From sequence record SRR31156797_1193: a stretch of DNA of 23,969 nt. One strand, given 5' to 3'. This document shows, piece by piece, positions 19,701 to 23,969 of this stretch. Position 1 is the first letter of the stretch; each line of letters begins with the position of its first letter. Below the pieces are notes generated by a model. The model made no database searches and had not been told where the DNA came from. It was given only the letters and a program-made list of their open reading frames with translations. A program made the translations under genes and the position numbers.

Positions 19701-20235
19701 AACGAGCAAAATCATATAATTTCATTGCAATATCACTGATATCTTTACCGCCTCTGCCTCCTAAGGAATCGCAAAGAGTTAGAAAATCCTTATCTTTTTT
19801 CTCAAAATATTCTTCTATAACCTTATTAACAGCACGGATTTTGTAGTCAATACTATCTTCACCACCCAGGATAGAAAAGCTTGGATCAATGTTTATTTCC
19901 TGATAGTAAAGCCTTATTACTGACATACAGTAAGTATGGATTGTGGATATATTGGCATCATTAAGTTTATCCAACTGAGATGCTAATCTCTTATCCTCTG
20001 GATGCTTTTGGATTTCATCCAGAAGCTTTGCACCTAGGCGCACCTTCATTTCTGCAGCGGCTGCATCAGTAAATGTAATCATTAATATGTTTTCAATATC
20101 TACGTTTTCCTCAACAATTAATTTGACTGCACGCCTAGTAACCACTGCAGTTTTGCCTGAACCGGCAGCAGCAGAGACTAGGATATTACATTCACGCAAG
20201 TCAATTGCTTTTTGCTGATCTGCAGTCCACTTCAT
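16741..20235 (-). CDS. addA: ATP-dependent helicase/nuclease subunit AddA
   Basis: UvrD-type motifs AAAGSGKT, TFTDAAA, DEYQD, VGDVKQSIYAFRQA, NFRS, SIHKSKGLEF, YVALTRA. C-terminal RecB-type nuclease GIIDL...VDYKT...QL.VY. Confidence 0.97.
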   Translation of the reverse strand: MKWTADQQKAIDLRECNILVSAAAGSGKTAVVTRRAVKLIVEENVDIENILMITFTDAAAAEMKVRLGAKLLDEIQKHPEDKRLASQLDKLNDANISTIHTYCMSVIRLYYQEINIDPSFSILGGEDSIDYKIRAVNKVIEEYFEKKDKDFLTLCDSLGGRGGKDISDIAMKLYDFARSQPDYIGNINEWTNRYSMNADELKKSHWINYLLDDIANKINDTLVLNEYAAELAGLEGGPKSYIETFTADKIYLYSINDALSTREISALKNAVTSGRFVTLSRKSKDDDELLVNQCKSIREKIKSIIKGIKSSIIMLDIDELTARNNSMYPALSSLRNLVLDFNKEYSRLKRRSRQLDFDDLQHLTLEALNNEAIAKAETDRFTHIFVDEYQDTNQLQESLINKITGRNNLLCVGDVKQSIYAFRQADPELFYNRRNKYKVDNTKANELICLNQNFRSAPTIINTINLLFGEIMSTRLGGIEYDQDEMLYHGTPRPPKEQNEGVDFVIINYENDKDEANQMVEKEAKAAADYIKLLVGKPIWDGKLQKMRPAQYKDICILSKAFKPTARTIRSVLEQQGIPVIQNQSGKYFDEVEIGQLIDILTVIDNKRRDTALISAMMSPAFGFDIEELLQIRKETDKSQAFYKCILEYADINNALGDKINVFLQKLSKYKMLAKYMDLSSFIWQVLDETGLYNAVGALPGGAVRQSNLRLLLDRAANYSKQPMASLSGFLAYIKRLHLSDASIESDNLSSDNSVQFMSIHKSKGLEFPIVIIINANKQPSLMSQDKTITTYKHLGFGIKSYNTKERTKLNTIASEAISKAIADSVLSEDIRVFYVALTRARERLIVIGSMGKGKNIKDLANTWSEPFLPANYGKTNATLFNYMGIAAVRNLSCGNLISLADIHAENKNVIDNFSVDIIDAENIKVNRIRRVGAVAKAINECSAITSVPSFLWQYNDNKSIIPAKTSATKLLSASDLEKIDIPALSTIPSFDEPLSNITPAMRGTITHKFLQHIDWNNADTIKQTNKLIKRGILPENADKIINYKAVNEFLNSDIVARFKKANKIYREMPFVAKKKYNDLMLNSENNQEILVQGIIDLCFIEDNMWVIVDYKTTRITPNQTEKDILEHYRLQLTVYSQALESITNIKVKQAGIYLLTLSKMIWL

Positions 20236-20236
20236 C

Positions 20237-23200
20237 TTAATCTCCTTTTTCCATATTATCTATTATTTTTGCTTCAGCTTGTTCATTGCTAGGTTTATAC
20301 TTAATGTTGAACGTCTGTGCTCCATGCCTGCAGATATTGTTATAACTGCAGAAATCACATGATGAGGAGTATTTGTCAACAATGGGGCAGGGGGACATTT
20401 TGCCGCTATAGATATTACTGCACAGATTTGCCGCTGTTTTGTCAGTTATTTCAAGCGCAGAATCTATATATTCTTTTGATTTAATACTTCTGTTTTTTGC
20501 TAGAGTTTTGTCTTTTTTTAGAGATAAATCAATTAATTCTGACTTTTCACCTGCATCTATTGATGTATCCATAGCAGATATTACGTTTGAATTATCAGTA
20601 AACCAGCCTTTCATTTTTTCTAATTTAGCTGCGTCTGTTGTCTCTGTAGCATAATCATTTCTCAAAGGGAAGTAGAATATTCCGGCACACATCTTGCCTG
20701 TTGATTTCTTTAGAGCGTTCATATATGTAAATAGCTGAATGTTTTCGCCGGTTATAAGCCCAGATAAGTCAATGCTTTTTTTCCCTGATTTGTAGTCAAT
20801 TGCTCTAAGCCACTTCTCTCCGCCAAGGGAGAATTCATCTACTCTGTCGATTTTCCCTTTCAGCAGAGCTGTATTCCCATCAGGCAAATCAATTGATACT
20901 GGTCCGAATTCTCTGCCAATATCGAATGTTAATTCGTGTGCAATTGGTACAAAATCGCTTCTGCGCAGGTTTTTTATATAAATTTTAGAGCTGCGTCTTG
21001 CAGTAGCTATCAACTGCTGTGCTAGAAATTCACTCTTTGCATCTACAATAAACATACCGTCATCAAATACAGCGGCTAGATGTTTTGCCTTTTTCTGAAT
21101 AATAATATCCAGTTCTTTATCACTTGTACTGTCAACGTCAATCTTATCTATTTCTCTGCCGAAATCCTCCATTAGCTTATGAAGAAATGCACCGCTGGCT
21201 GTATATTCTATGTCTGAATTCGGGTCTAATTGTGGATGAAGACCATAGCTTATCATATAGGCAAATGGACATTTCGCATATTCTTCTAGCTGGCTTACGC
21301 TGGTTACCATATTTTTGCTGTGGTCTGTCATACTGCTGATATAGTCATCATCTCCTGCAGCGAAATTGTACATCTTATCAATTGTATTTTTGTAATCATC
21401 ATGATTGGTAAGGGCGGCGAGAGCTTCTTTCCATGTACCATCTGTAACTGGACGTAAATCTCCGATTGCTCCTAGATTCTTGGCAGATATTGATAGTGCT
21501 GCACTTGGATGGGCAAGGGGATTGATATACGCATTATCGATATAGATATTTGGCAGGAGACTCATGATTTTTTTTATTATCATTGCAGGCTGTTTTCCAT
21601 TTGAACAGTCGTAGCTGATATACAGCTTATGACTGGCGCAAGTTAGGGCAGTGAACAGATTGTATGTAGTCTCCTTTTTGCGGAAGTTTCTATCACGTCC
21701 AGCAATTATGTTGACTTCCTTTAGCGTATTTAGTTCATCATCGCCAAAAATTGCTCCTTGCGGAAGAGGTGGAGGCAGATGCCCTTCATTAGCTCCTAGG
21801 ATAAATACAGCCTTTGTTCCTGTATATTTGGAACGTCCAATGTCACCTATTGTTATGCTGTTGGTATCAATTGGAAGCACACCGATCTGCACCCCTGCAA
21901 AACTTTCCTCCAAGAGCGATACAAAATCTGATAGAGACAAAGCTTCATCTGATGAAATATTATGTAGCTGTTCGATAACATTAAGAATCACATTCCAAGC
22001 TTGAGCAGTCTCAGCGGCTGTATCAAGCAATCCTATTTCTATTAAGTTTTCACTTTCTTTAGTTAATATATTTTCCAGATTATTCTTTGTAATTAGATTT
22101 AGCAGTTGAGCTGCCCACTGCTTTGTTGATTTTTTAGAAGTATCAATCTTTACAATAGAACTCATCAGAATCTTACGGATTGCATTTAGTGCTTCAAGGT
22201 CGTACCTCTTTGCACCTCGTTTGAATTCCCGGGTGAACATTGTGCCCTGAATATTGTTATCAATCAAGTAATCTTCAAAAATTTCAATATTCTCTTCACT
22301 AATACCTAGATAACCAGTTTTTAGCAGACTAATACCATAATTCCTGATATTGTATTCTGCAAAGTTTAAGGAAGACAACAAATATACAACTACTGGATGT
22401 GAATACACGCTGCGTCTGTCATCAATAAAAATCGGTAAATCATACTGCCTGAAAATCCTTGTGATATAGCTTTTGTATGTATTAAGTGAAGAGCATATAA
22501 TGCTTATTTCATCAAATGAATAGTTTTCTTTAACTATAAGGTCAATAATTTTACATGCGGCAGCTTCTACTTCTTCATTAATTCCTGCAGCTTTAGTAAT
22601 AAAGACATCACATTCACTGATGAGCTGCTTGACAGGATATGTGAATAGATTTTCTCTGATATGGGCAATGCCTTTGTTAGGTACTTTGGGAAGATGTTCG
22701 CAGTAATGATATTCAACAGGTAGTTTGTAGACTTCTGCCATAGTTTCAATATTTTGAACACTGTTTATTCCAGCCATGTAAATGTCGGATGTCTGCTCCT
22801 TGTCCATTGTAATGGCAGCACTTACTTCTTGTGAAACAGATGCAATGGAAAGCATCAGTCTGATGTTTTTTGGCGGATAGTAGTCAAATGAGTCGAATAT
22901 AATAAGCTTGTCCCTGAAAAAATCAACTATCTCATCAGATTTGCTGTCAATTATACTGCATAATAAATCCACAAGATTATTACTGTCTACTAGATTATTT
23001 TCAGTGGTATATGATTTATAATAATCAAGGATTGTGATTATGTCCTGAACTTTTTGTGATGTATTTAGAGAAATATCCTCATCAATTGCTTTTTTCAAAT
23101 CATTGCTTGAAACATTGAAGCTGGATAAGTCATTAATAAGATCGCTTAAAACTCCTACAAATCCAGGAGTATTTGATACTTTGCTGTATACGTGTAAATC

Positions 23201-23509
23201 ATCAGCGTGAGCTGATAAAATGGCTTTAATAATTAGTGTTTTGCCTACATCATTTAATACGCTGACATTAGGATTAGATACATTCTCGAATATCCAGCTG
23301 ATAAGACGAGTAACACTCATTACCTGAATGTTTAACAACCCTGAGTTATCGCCTTTTGCAGAAATTATAGCTTTTTCTGTTTCCAGTGTATATTGCTCGG
23401 GAACTAATACAATGCTTTGTTTACTGTTTGATGCACTATGCAGAGCTTTGCTGTACAGATATGTGCTTTTGCCAGAGGAGTTTTTACCACATACTAATTC
23501 AATCTTCAT
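20237..23509 (-). CDS. addB: ATP-dependent helicase/nuclease subunit AddB
   Basis: Walker-A-like GKNSSGKS and VPEQYT; nuclease GKIDRVD...IDYKSG...QL; four Fe-S cysteines (CPF and CDFCSYNNIC). One base separates it from addA, and the addA AAGGAG RBS lies inside the addB 3' end. Confidence 0.96.
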   Translation of the reverse strand: MKIELVCGKNSSGKSTYLYSKALHSASNSKQSIVLVPEQYTLETEKAIISAKGDNSGLLNIQVMSVTRLISWIFENVSNPNVSVLNDVGKTLIIKAILSAHADDLHVYSKVSNTPGFVGVLSDLINDLSSFNVSSNDLKKAIDEDISLNTSQKVQDIITILDYYKSYTTENNLVDSNNLVDLLCSIIDSKSDEIVDFFRDKLIIFDSFDYYPPKNIRLMLSIASVSQEVSAAITMDKEQTSDIYMAGINSVQNIETMAEVYKLPVEYHYCEHLPKVPNKGIAHIRENLFTYPVKQLISECDVFITKAAGINEEVEAAACKIIDLIVKENYSFDEISIICSSLNTYKSYITRIFRQYDLPIFIDDRRSVYSHPVVVYLLSSLNFAEYNIRNYGISLLKTGYLGISEENIEIFEDYLIDNNIQGTMFTREFKRGAKRYDLEALNAIRKILMSSIVKIDTSKKSTKQWAAQLLNLITKNNLENILTKESENLIEIGLLDTAAETAQAWNVILNVIEQLHNISSDEALSLSDFVSLLEESFAGVQIGVLPIDTNSITIGDIGRSKYTGTKAVFILGANEGHLPPPLPQGAIFGDDELNTLKEVNIIAGRDRNFRKKETTYNLFTALTCASHKLYISYDCSNGKQPAMIIKKIMSLLPNIYIDNAYINPLAHPSAALSISAKNLGAIGDLRPVTDGTWKEALAALTNHDDYKNTIDKMYNFAAGDDDYISSMTDHSKNMVTSVSQLEEYAKCPFAYMISYGLHPQLDPNSDIEYTASGAFLHKLMEDFGREIDKIDVDSTSDKELDIIIQKKAKHLAAVFDDGMFIVDAKSEFLAQQLIATARRSSKIYIKNLRRSDFVPIAHELTFDIGREFGPVSIDLPDGNTALLKGKIDRVDEFSLGGEKWLRAIDYKSGKKSIDLSGLITGENIQLFTYMNALKKSTGKMCAGIFYFPLRNDYATETTDAAKLEKMKGWFTDNSNVISAMDTSIDAGEKSELIDLSLKKDKTLAKNRSIKSKEYIDSALEITDKTAANLCSNIYSGKMSPCPIVDKYSSSCDFCSYNNICRHGAQTFNIKYKPSNEQAEAKIIDNMEKGD

Positions 23510-23547
23510 TCATATATCCTCATCGCTAAAAAATCCATTATGTAAAG

Positions 23548-23796
23548 CTAATTTTTTTCTTTATATTCCTTCAGGGCTTTTGCCAATTGGTCAGGACATG
23601 ACGTAGGTCTTGAACCGCATGTTATTCCCTCTAGTTTATCGATTGCTTCGTCTATTTCCATTCCAGTAACCAATAATGCGACTGCTTTCAGGTTGCCGTC
23701 ACAACCGTATTCAAAATTTATATCTTTAATAAGGTTGTCCTCAATTTCAAAGTTAATTACCCTTGAGCACACACCGCTTGTAATGTATCTTTCCAA
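23548..23796 (-). CDS. TIGR03905-family small TSCPD-domain protein
   Basis: 82 aa with GVCSR, GCDGNL and ITCGSRPTSCPDQLA. TTG start with AAGGAG RBS. Confidence 0.92.
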   Translation of the reverse strand: MERYITSGVCSRVINFEIEDNLIKDINFEYGCDGNLKAVALLVTGMEIDEAIDKLEGITCGSRPTSCPDQLAKALKEYKEKN

Positions 23797-23929
23797 ATAA
23801 TGCTCCTTGCTTTATATACGTAGCTAGAAATAACGATGTACACATATCCGCTAGTCCTAGTCACTAGATAGCAGAAAATTAAGTATGACATTGACTACCA
23901 CACTATCGCAATGAAAGTTCATCCTCTAG

Positions 23930-23968
23930 TTACAGCTTCGCTTTTATTTCATAAAAGCTTCTTGCATT
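23930..23968 (-). CDS. Possible 3' end of an upstream gene (…NARSFYEIKAKL*)
   Basis: Only 12 codons are visible. NAxxFY resembles the C-terminus of amidohydrolase/TatD-type proteins, but this cannot be confirmed from the window. Confidence 0.3.
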   Translation of the reverse strand, partial: NARSFYEIKAKL

Positions 23969-23969
23969 T

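Noticed and set aside
16741..23509. Helicase-nuclease pair as a novel defence system (Cas4-like Fe-S nuclease)
   Set aside because: Size, gene order and motifs match housekeeping AddAB, and no CRISPR repeats or cas genes are nearby.
301..23606. Other short ORFs (60-125 aa) in the ORF track
   Set aside because: Nearly all overlap well-supported genes antisense or out of frame and have no recognisable motifs. The partly intergenic 2973-3158 ORF overlaps a promoter/RBS region and has no support.
23830..23900. Fluoride or lysine riboswitch resemblance
   Set aside because: Only short fragments match (GATG..CCGC..ATGAC; AGAGG). Core pairings and an appropriate downstream gene are absent.
23840..23915. 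NrdR boxes upstream of the TSCPD gene
   Set aside because: Only half-site-like matches (CACATAT, CACTAGATA, CACTAT) are present, with no full acaCwAtATaTwGtgt palindrome.

Overview
AT-rich chromosomal segment from a Firmicute, probably a spore-forming clostridium (dacF-like gene; SigF/SigG-like and SigE-like promoter motifs). It holds 12 well-supported CDSs. Left to right: the 3' part of tyrA; a membrane-anchored protein with three tandem ~130-150 aa repeats; a hypothetical, possibly sporulation-linked protein; an RpfG-type REC/HD-GYP protein with a degenerate receiver; an orphan class I isoprenoid-synthase-fold enzyme; a YkvA/DUF1232 membrane protein; a 2404-aa hybrid histidine kinase (dCache-HAMP-PAS/GAF array-HisKA-HATPase-REC-REC-HPt); then a minus-strand run of glpK, dacF, addA, addB and a small TSCPD protein. 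I saw no rRNA, tRNA, CRISPR array, transposase or integrase. The most interesting part is the accessory signalling block at about 3.3-13.8 kb. It pairs a complete phosphorelay kinase (altered dCache pocket, duplicated GAF-PAS module) with a neighbouring HD-GYP regulator that cannot be phosphorylated canonically, and an uncharacterised terpenoid-type enzyme lies between them. All calls are from manual motif reading; no searches were run.
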